The notes under the pieces: model-generated
Told to the model about the DNA's origin: nothing
Database searches by the model: none
What the model saw: the letters and a program-made list of their open reading frames with translations, nothing else
Program-made: the position numbers and the translations under genes
Part shown: positions 43,256-53,342 of the stretch, piece by piece
Numbering within the stretch: the first letter of the stretch is position 1
Layout of the letters: the number at the start of each line of letters is the position of its first letter
NCBI GenBank assembly: GCA_019244185.1
Contig: JAFATB010000025.1
Span: forward strand, 32,001-96,000
Origin: Acidobacteriota bacterium
Lineage (GTDB): Bacteria; Acidobacteriota; Thermoanaerobaculia; Gp7-AA8
Reading direction: 5' to 3'
Length of the DNA: 64,000 nt

Positions 43256-44008
43256 TTACACCAGTCCCGCTCCGAGCAGCTCGCGCGCGAGCAGGTGTCC
43301 CCACATCGAGTGCCCGTCCGCGCGCGGACGAATGTCGCCCGGCATGAAGAACGTGCTCGTGACGCTGTCCCAGCGATCGACGTACAGCGCGCCGCGTTGC
43401 TCCGCGACGCGTTTCGCCATCGCCTCGACCGCGCGATAGCGCTCCTCTGTATCGACAGGCAGCCCGCGCGCGTCGAGCTCGAGGTTCGGCGCGCCCGGGC
43501 CTTGAATCACGACGTGCGTGTCGGGCACGCGCGCGATCGCGGCGACGGTCTCGTCGACATACGACTCGTACTCTGCGACCGTCGGCCGCGGATGCCGCGA
43601 TAAGAGCGGTCGCAGAATCTCGTGCGCGTTCGCGGCTACGCGCGTGAGCGTATCCGGCACCTGCGCCGCGAGCCGCTGCGAGACTTCGCGAAAGTGCTTC
43701 ATGCGCTCGTAGCGCGTGCGCACACGCGCCGGCAATCGCGAGAGATCGGCCGCGCGTCCGCCTTTCACCGCGAGCCAGCCGATCACCTCGATGACGACGA
43801 TGCGCGGATGCGCGCGCAGCGCCTGCTCCGCGCTCGGCGGCAGCTCCGACGGATGCTGATACGGCGCGAATACGAGCTCGAGCGTCGTCCCGGGACGAAA
43901 CGCCTCGACCGCGCGGCGGCAGACTTGCGGGAACGTCGCCTCGGGCGCGACGCCCGGATAGCCGGACGTATGACACTGCCCGAGGAACGCGACGGTGATG
44001 CGCGGCAT
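43256..44008 (-). CDS. SGNH/GDSL-hydrolase-like protein with atypical catalytic motifs
   Basis: VAFLGQCHTSGY block I-like; GDIRPRADGH block V-like. Confidence 0.6.
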   Translation of the reverse strand: MPRITVAFLGQCHTSGYPGVAPEATFPQVCRRAVEAFRPGTTLELVFAPYQHPSELPPSAEQALRAHPRIVVIEVIGWLAVKGGRAADLSRLPARVRTRYERMKHFREVSQRLAAQVPDTLTRVAANAHEILRPLLSRHPRPTVAEYESYVDETVAAIARVPDTHVVIQGPGAPNLELDARGLPVDTEERYRAVEAMAKRVAEQRGALYVDRWDSVTSTFFMPGDIRPRADGHSMWGHLLARELLGAGLV

Positions 44009-44523
44009 CAGACGCCGAGGTGGTAACGCTCGCGGAGCACGCCGAGGTGATGCCGTTCGTGGCCGAGGAGGATGTACGCGAGCGCGCGCACGGTGACGGG
44101 GTTGTTGTTCGCGACGCCGCGGCGATCCCACGCGTCCGCGGGGAGATTGCGCAGCGCGACGATGTTGCTGCGGCGCGTCACCGCGTACGCCTCGGCCAGA
44201 TCGCCGATACGCCACGCGTCATAGCCGGCATTGCGCGCGTACGTCTGCTCGTCGAAGCCCGGCAGCGACTCCGTCTCGCCGCGCGCGATGCAGATCGCGC
44301 GGTAGCCCATGATCCGCTCGGTATCGATCATGTGGCCGAAGACTTCCTTCACGCTCCACTTGTCGGCGGCGTAGCGGTACGCGGCGCGCGTCTCGTCGAC
44401 GGACGCCAGCGCTTTCTGCGTCTCCGACGACTGCAGTTCGATCGCGGAGAGCACGTCTTCTTCGGGACAGAGGCTGACGTATCTGCCGAACGCGGGCGAG
44501 AAATCGCTTGCTTCAGGACGCAT
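44008..44523 (-). CDS. DinB family protein
   Basis: YA..KWS.KE..GH..DTER and GH..HH motifs. Confidence 0.9.
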   Translation of the reverse strand: MRPEASDFSPAFGRYVSLCPEEDVLSAIELQSSETQKALASVDETRAAYRYAADKWSVKEVFGHMIDTERIMGYRAICIARGETESLPGFDEQTYARNAGYDAWRIGDLAEAYAVTRRSNIVALRNLPADAWDRRGVANNNPVTVRALAYILLGHERHHLGVLRERYHLGV

Positions 44524-44540
44524 CGCCGTATCGTAGCCGA

Positions 44541-44870
44541 TCACCAGACGAAGACGAGGTGCAGATCGCGACGTTCGACGGTCGCGGCGAGCCAGACCTC
44601 CACGAGCCGCGCGGCGTCGGCCGGCGCGTCGCGCCAGAACGCGGCGGCGTCGCGCACGACCAGCGCGAGCGCGGCGCCGTCGAACTCCAGTTCGCGTAGC
44701 CAATGCGCGAGCGCCTCCCAGTCGTCGGCGAAGTAGTCCGGCAGCGCGATGACGTCGCCGATGTCGCGCAGCAGCGTGCCGCGACGCGCGACGATCTCGC
44801 GGATCTCGACGTCGCTCGAGAACAGCGCGTCCGCGTCGTCTTCCGACGCGAAATGCACGGTCCACTTCAT
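44541..44870 (-). CDS. Barstar-family protein
   Basis: L.....LPDYF..DWEAL...L motif. Confidence 0.75.
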   Translation of the reverse strand: MKWTVHFASEDDADALFSSDVEIREIVARRGTLLRDIGDVIALPDYFADDWEALAHWLRELEFDGAALALVVRDAAAFWRDAPADAARLVEVWLAATVERRDLHLVFVW

Positions 44871-47302
44871 GCGACGCGGACGACGACGAACGTGACGTCG
44901 TCGTTCGGCGGCCCGTCGCCGTGCCAGCGCCGCGCGGCCGCTTCGAGCGCCTCGATCACGTCGCCGGCACTTCCTGCCTTCGCGGCGGAAGAAAACGCTT
45001 CCATCGCGGCGGCATACCCGAGCTGCTGCCCGGCGTCGTTCATCAGCTCCGGAAAGCCGTCGGAAAGGAAGAGCACCGTGTCGCCGGCGGCGAGCGCGAC
45101 GTCGGTCTGCGCGTAGTCGACGCCGAGCGTGCCGAGCGGCGTCGCGGCGAGCACGATCTCGTCGACGTCCGCCGTCGCCGCGCGATGCACGAAGACGGGC
45201 GGCATGCCCGCCGACGCCAGCGTGAGCGTGCGCTGTTCGAAGCGCCCGAGCGAGAGGGCCATGGCCATGCGCCCGAGCTCCATGCGCTTGATCTTCTCCG
45301 CCGCGTCGCCGAGGAACTCCGACGGCGCGGTCGCGGCCCCGTACCCGGCAAAAAGCGTTTTGATCACGGTGACCATCGTGCCCGCTTTCGCGCCGTGGCC
45401 GGTCGCGTCGCCGATCGTGACCGCGAGCACGTCGCCTTCGACGCGGAAGTCGTAGTAGTCGCCGCCCACCTCGGTCGCGGTCTGCGTGAACACCGCCACC
45501 TCGTAGCGCGGATGGCGCGGCACTTCCTTCGGCAGCATCGACAGTTGGAATGCGCGCGCGTCTTCGAGCTCGACCGACTTCCGCTCGTATTCGACCGCGA
45601 GCAACCGCTGCTGCAGCTCCTGCTCTTTCTGCGCGCGCTCCTGCTGCAGGAGGCGCATCTGATTGAGGCTGAGATCCTCGGCCATGCGATTGAACGCGCG
45701 CGCGAGCTGGCCGAGCTCGTTGTTCGTCTTCACCGGCACGCGCGTCATGAGGTCGCCGTGCGCGATGCGGTCCGCGCCTTCGATCACGGTCTTGACGTCG
45801 CGCGTGAGGTGGTTCGACAGCGGCACGATGCCGATGAGCGCAAAGGCGATGAGGCCGAGGCCGAGGCCGAAGTTCTGCGCGGCGGTGCGCTGCAGCTCGT
45901 CGAGGTTGTCGCCGACCGGACGCGCGACGCCGATGCGCATGCCGCTCGGCGCGTCGATCGAGGTCGACACGATCCACCCCTGAATGCCTTTGATGTTCTC
46001 GCCGCGACGCACGCGCTCCGGGATGTGCAGGCGGTCGAGCTGCGTGCGCTCGGCGGTCGAGCGCGTGTAGACGTTGCCCGCGCGGTCGACGGCGAACGGG
46101 ATCTCGCCGCCGTCGTCGCTCGCGCCGAGGATGCGGCGGATGACCTGATCGGGACTGACGCTCGCGGAGAGCTGACCGACGACGTGGCCCTGCTGGCGCA
46201 CGGGGAGCTTGAACTGGCGGCCGAGAATGAGCGCGGTCTTCTCGTCCTGCACCGCCGACTTCGCGGCATCTTTCGGCGTGAGCGCGCGGATGTTCGCGGT
46301 TGGCGCGGGCTTGCCGCCGCTCGCGGCGAGGGTCGCGGTCGCGCTTGCAGGCGCGGAGGCCGTCGCGTCGGGTGCCGCTTTCGGCACCGGCAGCGGCTGA
46401 AGGTTCGGCGACAGCGGCGCCTTGCGCGACAGCGGCAGCGGCTGCGCGCCGCGCCGCACCATCAGTTCGCGCTGCTGCTGCCGCGCGACATCGAGCGCCT
46501 GATGGATTCGCTGCCGGTACTGCACGCGGTCTTTCTCGGACGCGGCGCGCAAGCGCTTCTGCAGTTGCGCGAGCTCTTTCTGCAGGTCTTCGCGATCTTC
46601 CGTATCGAGATTTGTATCGCCGAGTTGCGCGCCGACGTTGCTGATCTCGTTGAGCAGCTCCTGCTGTTCTTCGGACATCACGTACGGCACCGCCGGCACC
46701 TGCGGCAGGTCGATGATCATCGGCGCCGCGGGCGGCGTGGGCATGGCCGGCAATCCGGGCGAGGCCGGTGCCGTCGGCTGCGCCGGAGCTGCGGGAGCGG
46801 TCGATCCCAACTGCGCGACTTCCGTCTTGTCGTCGTCGGCATCGTCGTCGTGGTCCGCCGGATCGTGATCCGCGTTCGCCTCGTCCTCGTGCTGCGCGCG
46901 CACGACGATGCGAGGCCGCGCCGTTCGCAATTGCGCGAGCTCCGCGGACTTTTTCGCCTCGGCCGCGATGCGGTCGAGCTCTTCTTTCGGCACCGGATGA
47001 AACTCGAGCGAGTCGACGAACGACGCGGCGTCGCCCATCACCGAGACGATGTTGCCGACGTCGCCCGTGTCGCTCTTGTCGGCCGGCAGCGGCAGCGCAG
47101 AGACGACGCTCAATCGCTGGTCGAGCTCCGCGCGGATTCCGGCGAGGCGGCGGTCCATCTGCTTCGTGAGGCGCTCGGCCTCGTGGCGATACGCGGACTC
47201 GAGCGCGCGGCGCGACGAGTGGTACGAGTACGTCACGATCGCCGCCAGCGGGATCACCGCCAGGACGAAGGCCGCGAGGATGAGCTGCGTCCGGATGCGC
47301 AT
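44867..47302 (-). CDS. Membrane PP2C/SpoIIE-family phosphatase with HAMP domain
   Basis: Two TMs, HAMP (ELG.LA.AFN.M), VGGDYYD, GDATGHG, SDG..E and DD.T motifs. Confidence 0.92.
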   Translation of the reverse strand: MRIRTQLILAAFVLAVIPLAAIVTYSYHSSRRALESAYRHEAERLTKQMDRRLAGIRAELDQRLSVVSALPLPADKSDTGDVGNIVSVMGDAASFVDSLEFHPVPKEELDRIAAEAKKSAELAQLRTARPRIVVRAQHEDEANADHDPADHDDDADDDKTEVAQLGSTAPAAPAQPTAPASPGLPAMPTPPAAPMIIDLPQVPAVPYVMSEEQQELLNEISNVGAQLGDTNLDTEDREDLQKELAQLQKRLRAASEKDRVQYRQRIHQALDVARQQQRELMVRRGAQPLPLSRKAPLSPNLQPLPVPKAAPDATASAPASATATLAASGGKPAPTANIRALTPKDAAKSAVQDEKTALILGRQFKLPVRQQGHVVGQLSASVSPDQVIRRILGASDDGGEIPFAVDRAGNVYTRSTAERTQLDRLHIPERVRRGENIKGIQGWIVSTSIDAPSGMRIGVARPVGDNLDELQRTAAQNFGLGLGLIAFALIGIVPLSNHLTRDVKTVIEGADRIAHGDLMTRVPVKTNNELGQLARAFNRMAEDLSLNQMRLLQQERAQKEQELQQRLLAVEYERKSVELEDARAFQLSMLPKEVPRHPRYEVAVFTQTATEVGGDYYDFRVEGDVLAVTIGDATGHGAKAGTMVTVIKTLFAGYGAATAPSEFLGDAAEKIKRMELGRMAMALSLGRFEQRTLTLASAGMPPVFVHRAATADVDEIVLAATPLGTLGVDYAQTDVALAAGDTVLFLSDGFPELMNDAGQQLGYAAAMEAFSSAAKAGSAGDVIEALEAAARRWHGDGPPNDDVTFVVVRVA

Positions 47303-47367
47303 CGAAGTTCCGATGGTAAGACGAAGAAACTCGTAGAAAGTTTAGCCGGTGCGACCCGACGACGCGT

Positions 47368-48516
47368 TCAGGTCCACTCTTCGCGGCCGGTGCGGCCCTT
47401 CCCCGGCGTCCGCGAGTTCTTGCGGCGGTCGACGTCGGGCACGATGATCTCGCGGTGCGGGCGCGTGCGCTCGAACTCCTCGACGAAGCGCACGGCCTCG
47501 TCGATGACGTCGTCGAACGACGATGCGACCGGCGCGTTCGCGCGCAGCTGCTCGCAATGCGCGCGGTAGACGTCGCAGCGGCGCACGGCTTCCGCGTAGC
47601 GATCGGCGATGCGGCGGTCTTCGAGCACGCGCCGCGCGAGGTACGTCTGCAGGTCGGGCACGCGCTCGATGTGGCTGCAGAAGAGGATGACGTCGTTGCC
47701 GGCGACGAGCGCGCGCTCGGTGATCTCCTCGTACGCGCCGAGATCGGAGACCGCGTGCATCTCCATGTCGTCGCTGATGGCGACGCCGTCGAAGCCGATG
47801 CCCTCGCGCAGCAGATCGGTCGTCAGCTTGCGGCTCAGCGTCGCGGGACTCTCCGACGGATCGACCTGCGGATAGATGCCGTGACCGATCATGATCGCGG
47901 CGGCTTCGTTGCCGAGTCGCTCGAACGGGACGAGATCGCGCGCGCGCAATTCTTCGAGCGGCACGTCGATCACCGTCGCGCCGTAATGCGGATCGGCGGA
48001 TCCGATGCCGATGCCCGGCCAGTGCTTGAGACACGCGGCGACGCCGGAGGCCTGCAGCCCGCGCACGAAGGCGCCGGCGAGATCGATGACGGTTTCCGCG
48101 TCGCGTCCGAACGTGCGGCGCTCGAGACCTTTCGGCGAGAGGCCGCCGGGGATGTCGACGACCGGCGCGAGATCGATCTCGATGTCGAACCAGCGCAGCG
48201 CCATGCCGATCAAACGCCCGAACCATTCGGAGAGCTCGCGCGGCCGCTCCCCTTCGCCGAAGGCTTCCGCGCTCGGCAGTCCCGGCACGAGGTTGCGCAG
48301 GCGATCGACGCGTCCGCCTTCCTCGTCGATCATGAAGAGCGGCGGCTTCGCGGAGAGGCTCTTCACCTCGGCGATGAGGTCGCGGAACTGCTCGGCGTTC
48401 TCGATGTTGCGCCCGAACAGCACGACCGCGTACGGCGTCGACTCGCGGAGGATCCGACGCTCGAGATCGGTGAGGGTTTTGCCGGTGAGGCCGATGCCGA
48501 AAAGGTCCGGGATCAT
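47368..48516 (-). CDS. nagZ: Beta-N-acetylhexosaminidase (GH3)
   Basis: DEEGGRVDR, APVVD, KHWPG.G..DPH, SDD.EM motifs. Confidence 0.88.
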   Translation of the reverse strand: MIPDLFGIGLTGKTLTDLERRILRESTPYAVVLFGRNIENAEQFRDLIAEVKSLSAKPPLFMIDEEGGRVDRLRNLVPGLPSAEAFGEGERPRELSEWFGRLIGMALRWFDIEIDLAPVVDIPGGLSPKGLERRTFGRDAETVIDLAGAFVRGLQASGVAACLKHWPGIGIGSADPHYGATVIDVPLEELRARDLVPFERLGNEAAAIMIGHGIYPQVDPSESPATLSRKLTTDLLREGIGFDGVAISDDMEMHAVSDLGAYEEITERALVAGNDVILFCSHIERVPDLQTYLARRVLEDRRIADRYAEAVRRCDVYRAHCEQLRANAPVASSFDDVIDEAVRFVEEFERTRPHREIIVPDVDRRKNSRTPGKGRTGREEWT

Positions 48517-48540
48517 TGCGCGCGCAGTCTATCCGAAGCG

Positions 48541-51135
48541 TTACGTCAGCTTCTGCTTCAACTCGTATAGCCGGTTCAATGCCTCCCGCGGCGTGAGCGT
48601 GTCGATCTCGAGCTCGCGCAGCGCGTCGATGATCGATTGCTCGTTCGAACTGAAGAGGCCGAGCTGGCGCGTCGACGGCGCGGGACCGCGGCGGCGCGTC
48701 TCCTCGACGAGGTCGCGCTCCTTCCGCTCGAGCGTCACGAGGATCTCGCGCGCGCGGTCGATGACGGAGTGCGGAATGCCGGCGAGCTTCGCCACCTGAA
48801 TGCCGTAGCTCTTGTCCGCCGCGCCGTCGACGACCTTGCGCAGGAAGATGATCTGGTCGTTCCACTCCTTGACGGCGACATTCGCGTTCGCGACACGCGG
48901 CTTCGTCTTCGCGAGGTCCGTGACCTCGTGATAGTGCGTCGCGAAGAGCGTGATGCCGCTGCGCGCGGGGTTGTCGTGGAGGTATTCGATGATCGCCCAC
49001 GCCAGGGAGAGGCCGTCGAACGTGGCCGTGCCGCGGCCCACTTCATCGAGGATGATCAGCGAGCGATCGGTGGCGTTGTTGAGGATGTTCGCGGTCTCGT
49101 GCATCTCGACCATGAACGTCGACTCGCCGCGCGCCAGCTGATCCGACGCGCCGACGCGCGTGAAGATGCGGTCGAAGATGCCGAGGCGCGCTTTCGCCGC
49201 CGGGACGAACGAGCCGGCTTGGTTGAGCAAGACGATCAGCGCGACCTGCCGCAGGTACGTCGACTTGCCGCCCATGTTCGGACCGGTGATGACCTGGATG
49301 CCGTTGCGGTCGCGCTCGACGTCGGTGTGATTCGGGATGAAGCGCTCGGCGGCGATCTGCTCGATGACCGGATGGCGTCCGTCTTCGATGCAGATCTCGG
49401 CGCTGTCGCTGAGCGTCGCGCGGACATACCGATTGCGCACCGCGATCGTGGCCAGCGCGGAGATCGCGTCGATGTCGCCGACCGCGCGCGCGACGCCGAG
49501 GAGCGCGGGACTGAGGCGCGCGACGGCGCCGAGGAGCTCGTCGTAGAGACGCAGCTCGATGGCGACGGACTTCTCTTCGGCGCCGAGGATTTTCTCTTCG
49601 AGCTCTTTGAGATCGGGCGTGATGAAGCGCTCGGCGTTGGCGAGCGTCTGCTTGCGGATGTAGTCGGACGGCACCTTCGCGAGGTTCGATTTCGAGACCT
49701 CGATGTAGTAGCCGAAGACGGAGTTGTAGCGGATCTTCAGCGAGCCGATGCCGGTGCGGTCGCGCTCGCGCGTCTCGATGGCGAGGAGCACCGACTTCGA
49801 GTCGCGTGCGATGGCGCGCAGCGCGTCGAGCTCGTCGTCGACGCCGTTCGCGATGACGCCGCCGTCGCGCACGCTCACCGCCGGATTCGGATCGATGGTC
49901 TTCGCGACGAGCGACACCGCCTCGGCCGCCGACGCGTCGTCGAGCGCATCGCGCATCGAGGAGAGCAGCGGCCCGGCCAGCGGTTGCATCGCCGCGCGGA
50001 GCTCCGTCGCCTCGACGAGCGAATCGGCCAGCGTGAGGCATTCGCGCGGCGTCGCCGTGCGGAGCGTGACGCGCGAGGCGATGCGCTCGAGGTCCGCGAT
50101 CTTCGCGAGCCGCGCCGTGATCTGTTCGAGCACCGCGCGCGTGCGGGTCAGCTCGTCCACCGCATCGTGCCGGTCGAAGATCGCGTCGCGCGCGACGAGC
50201 GGACGCGTGAGCCAGCGCCGCAGCGTGCGCGTGCCCATCGCCGAACGCGTCGCATTCACGACGCTCCAGAGGCTCGCGCGCGGACGGCCGGCATCGCGCG
50301 ACTCGACGATCTCGAGATTCGCCAGCGTGGCCGCATCGAGTTGCAGAAAGTCGGCGTCGTTGTCGACGCGCAGCGCGCGCACGTGCTCGAGCGTCCGCTT
50401 GTGACTCGCGCTCGCGTACCGCAACGCGGCGCCCGCCGCGGCGATGCGCGCGTCGTCGCCTTCCAGCCCGAAGCCGCGCAGCGACTGCGTTCCGAAATGC
50501 TTGGCGAGGTATTCGTGCGCGCCGGCGGTCTCGAAGATCGACGGCTCGAGCTGCGTCGTCGGCAACTGTAGCGGCGCCGCCGCGCCGCGCGGCACGATCG
50601 CTTCCTTCGGCGCGAAGCGCGCGACGTCGTCGACGAGGCGATGGTCGTCGAGCGCGCGATACGTGGTGACGAAGAAGTCGCCGGTGGAGACGTCGAGATA
50701 CGCCGCGCCGACGCCGCCCTCTCCTTCGACGAGCGCGAGGAGGTAGCAGCATTCGCGCTCGACGATCGAGCTCTCCGTCGCGGTGCCGGGCGTGACGACG
50801 CGCACGATCTCGCGCCGCACGAGTCCTTTCGCCTGCGCGGCGTCCTCGGCCTGCTCGCAGATCGCGACGCGCAGCCCGTGACGGATCAGCTTCGCGATGT
50901 AACCGTCGGCCGCGTGGTGCGGCACGCCGCACATCGGCGTCTCGTACTCCTGCCCCTTGTTGCGCGCGGTGAGGACGAGGTCGAGCAGCGGCGCGGCCGT
51001 CTCCGCGTCCTCGAAGAACATCTCGTAGAAATCGCCGAGCCGGTAGAAGAGGATCGCGTCGGGAACCTGGCGCTTGATCTCGAAATACTGCTCGAGCATC
51101 GGGGTGAGTTTGGTCACGGGGCGGGAGGACGACAT
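48541..51135 (-). CDS. mutS: DNA mismatch repair protein MutS
   Basis: TPM..QY, GDFYEMF, TGPNMGGKSTY, STFMVEM, SYGI.VA.LAG motifs. Confidence 0.99.
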   Translation of the reverse strand: MSSSRPVTKLTPMLEQYFEIKRQVPDAILFYRLGDFYEMFFEDAETAAPLLDLVLTARNKGQEYETPMCGVPHHAADGYIAKLIRHGLRVAICEQAEDAAQAKGLVRREIVRVVTPGTATESSIVERECCYLLALVEGEGGVGAAYLDVSTGDFFVTTYRALDDHRLVDDVARFAPKEAIVPRGAAAPLQLPTTQLEPSIFETAGAHEYLAKHFGTQSLRGFGLEGDDARIAAAGAALRYASASHKRTLEHVRALRVDNDADFLQLDAATLANLEIVESRDAGRPRASLWSVVNATRSAMGTRTLRRWLTRPLVARDAIFDRHDAVDELTRTRAVLEQITARLAKIADLERIASRVTLRTATPRECLTLADSLVEATELRAAMQPLAGPLLSSMRDALDDASAAEAVSLVAKTIDPNPAVSVRDGGVIANGVDDELDALRAIARDSKSVLLAIETRERDRTGIGSLKIRYNSVFGYYIEVSKSNLAKVPSDYIRKQTLANAERFITPDLKELEEKILGAEEKSVAIELRLYDELLGAVARLSPALLGVARAVGDIDAISALATIAVRNRYVRATLSDSAEICIEDGRHPVIEQIAAERFIPNHTDVERDRNGIQVITGPNMGGKSTYLRQVALIVLLNQAGSFVPAAKARLGIFDRIFTRVGASDQLARGESTFMVEMHETANILNNATDRSLIILDEVGRGTATFDGLSLAWAIIEYLHDNPARSGITLFATHYHEVTDLAKTKPRVANANVAVKEWNDQIIFLRKVVDGAADKSYGIQVAKLAGIPHSVIDRAREILVTLERKERDLVEETRRRGPAPSTRQLGLFSSNEQSIIDALRELEIDTLTPREALNRLYELKQKLT

Positions 51136-51476
51136 CAACGAGGTTTCCGAATGCGCAGCAGGGTACCATCCCCGATCGCGAGCTCGATCACGACGGCGCG
51201 GCGCAGACTCGTATGCGGCACTTGATCGAGCAGGACGACCCAGCGATCCTCCGGCGCGCCCTCGCCCTTCTTCGCCCGCGCAACCTGCACGACCTCGTAG
51301 CCGCGATAGCCGCGCGCCTTCGCGATCGCCAGCGCGCGATCGCCCGCTGCGACCGGAAGAAGGCGTCCCTTCGGCCGCGACGGATCCTCCGCGCCGCGCA
51401 ACGCGACGAAGAGCATCGCGCAGAGCACGAGCCACGCGAGATAAAACGGCCACCAGCGGCGGGGACGCGGAGTCAC
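51135..51476 (-). CDS. Hypothetical membrane-anchored protein
   Basis: N-terminal TM; stop overlaps the mutS start. Confidence 0.7.
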   Translation of the reverse strand: MTPRPRRWWPFYLAWLVLCAMLFVALRGAEDPSRPKGRLLPVAAGDRALAIAKARGYRGYEVVQVARAKKGEGAPEDRWVVLLDQVPHTSLRRAVVIELAIGDGTLLRIRKPR

Positions 51477-51493
51477 CTTGTTATGATAAGTGC
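51477..51493. promoter_or_regulatory. Overlapping divergent -10 boxes (bidirectional leaderless promoter)
   Basis: + strand TG-n-TATGAT at 51482-87, 6 nt before GTG 51494; - strand TATCAT at 51488-83, 6 nt before GTG 51476. Confidence 0.6.
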
Positions 51494-51739
51494 GTGACCC
51501 GCGGCGAGATCGAAGAAGCGCTCATCGGCATCGTCCGCAACGAGAAGGACGTTCCCGCCGAGCTGCTGCGCCCCGAGACGCCGCTGGCGGAAGCAGGCAT
51601 CGACTCGCTCGACTCGCTGACGATTCTGTTCGCCATCGAAGAGCGGTTCGGCATCTCCATTCCCGACGATCGCGCCCGCGCGATGCTTACCTTCGGCGAC
51701 ATGACCACGATCGTCGAGGACCTCCTCCCCCGCTCGTGA
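51494..51739 (+). CDS. Acyl carrier protein
   Basis: GIDSLD phosphopantetheine site; IEE.FGI.IPD. Confidence 0.92.
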   Translation: MTRGEIEEALIGIVRNEKDVPAELLRPETPLAEAGIDSLDSLTILFAIEERFGISIPDDRARAMLTFGDMTTIVEDLLPRS

Positions 51740-52947
51740 ACCGCGTCGCCATCACCGGTGTCGGCATCGTCTCGCCGTTCGGCCGAGGCAAGGCCGCCGC
51801 GCTCGACGCGCTCCGCAACGCGCGCAGCGGCGTGCGCACGATCTCCAGCATCGATCCCGCGCCGCTCGCCTGCCGCATCGCCGGCGAAGTGCCCGCCGAC
51901 GCGCACGAGGGCACGCATCGCGGCCACGACCGCTTCACGCGCTTCGCGCTGCTCGCGGCGGACGAAGCGGCGGAACAGGCGGGAGCGCTCGGCGTCGAAT
52001 CGGACCGCATCGGCGTGCTGATCGGCACGGGGCTCGGCGGCGCGGAGACGCTCGACACGGCGTACCGGCGGCTCTACGGCGAGCAGGCGCGCATCGCGCC
52101 GGCGTCGATTCCGATGACGATGTACAACGCGGCGGCGGCTGCGGTGTCGTCGAAGTTCGCGGCGCGCGGGCTCTCGTACGCGGTCGTCTCCGCGTGCGCG
52201 TCGAGCGCGCATGCGATCGGACTCGCGGCGCAGGCGATCCGCGCGGGACAAGCGGACGCGATGTTCGCCGGCGGCGCCGACGCGCCGCTCACCACCGGCA
52301 TCATCAAGGCGTGGGAAGCGCTGCGCGTCCTTGCCATCGACAACGAGCATCCGGCCGCGGCGTGCCGCCCGTTCAGCGCGGACCGCAAGGGACTCGTGCT
52401 CGCCGAAGGCGCGGCCGTGTTCGTTCTCGAAAACTACGATCGCGCCCGCGCGCGCGGCGCGGAGATCCTCGGCGAGATCGCCGGCTTCGGCGCGACCAGC
52501 GACGCGGGGCACATCACCGATCCATCCGCCGACGGCGCGGCGCGCGCGATCAACCTCGCGCTGCGCGACGCGCACTTGAATCCCGACGACGTCGGCTACA
52601 TCAACGCCCACGGCACCGGCACGCGCGCGAACGATCCGACCGAGACGAGCGCGATCAAGAGCGTCTTCGGCGAACGCGCGCACGATCTCGCGGTGAGCTC
52701 GACGAAGTCGATGCACGGCCACGCGATGGGCGCGTCGGGCGCGATCGAGATCGCGTCGTCGCTCGTCGCACTGCGCGATGGCTTCCTCCCGCCGACGATC
52801 AATCTCAAGACGCCCGACCCGGCGTGCGATCTCGATTACGTCGCCAACCAGCCACGCGAGACGCGCGCGCGGGCGTTCCTCTCCAACTCGTTCGGATTTG
52901 GCGGAATGAACGCGGTCGTGGCAGTCTCTTTGCTAAGTCCCGATTGA
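51736..52947 (+). CDS. fabF: Beta-ketoacyl-ACP synthase II family
   Basis: ACAS, NAHGTGT, KSMHGH.MGA, NSFGFGG motifs. Confidence 0.9.
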   Translation: MNRVAITGVGIVSPFGRGKAAALDALRNARSGVRTISSIDPAPLACRIAGEVPADAHEGTHRGHDRFTRFALLAADEAAEQAGALGVESDRIGVLIGTGLGGAETLDTAYRRLYGEQARIAPASIPMTMYNAAAAAVSSKFAARGLSYAVVSACASSAHAIGLAAQAIRAGQADAMFAGGADAPLTTGIIKAWEALRVLAIDNEHPAAACRPFSADRKGLVLAEGAAVFVLENYDRARARGAEILGEIAGFGATSDAGHITDPSADGAARAINLALRDAHLNPDDVGYINAHGTGTRANDPTETSAIKSVFGERAHDLAVSSTKSMHGHAMGASGAIEIASSLVALRDGFLPPTINLKTPDPACDLDYVANQPRETRARAFLSNSFGFGGMNAVVAVSLLSPD

Positions 52948-52964
52948 TTCGTTCGGAGGTCGTT

Positions 52965-53339
52965 GTGATCGTAGAAAAGAAGCACCTGGACAACTTCACG
53001 ATTCTGTACGTGGAGGGACTCATCAAGCTCGGCGAGAGCGCCGAATTCTTTTCTTCCGCGCTGGAGAACGTGCTCAAGAACGACAGCACGAACGTCATCG
53101 TCGACTTCACGAAGATCGACTACATCGACTCGACCGGCATCGGTGAGCTCGTCGGCTACCTCGGCAAGTTCACGAGCCAGAACCGCAAGCTGATTCTCGT
53201 CAACCCCTCCGAGCGCATCCAGAAACTGCTCAAGCTCGCCAAGCTCGACGCCGTGTTCAAGATCTACGACACGGAAGACGAGGCGGTGTCGTCCGAGTCG
53301 TCGTCGGCGCCGAATACGGCCACGCCGGCAAGGGCTTAA
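52965..53339 (+). CDS. STAS-domain anti-sigma factor antagonist
   Basis: D...IDYIDSTGIG.L motif; GGAGG RBS. Confidence 0.92.
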   Translation: MIVEKKHLDNFTILYVEGLIKLGESAEFFSSALENVLKNDSTNVIVDFTKIDYIDSTGIGELVGYLGKFTSQNRKLILVNPSERIQKLLKLAKLDAVFKIYDTEDEAVSSESSSAPNTATPARA

Positions 53340-53342
53340 CCA

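Noticed and set aside
51494-52947. acp-fabF pair as a type II PKS biosynthetic cluster
   Set aside because: No chain-length factor, cyclase, reductase or tailoring genes are adjacent; it looks like a stand-alone FAS-type pair.
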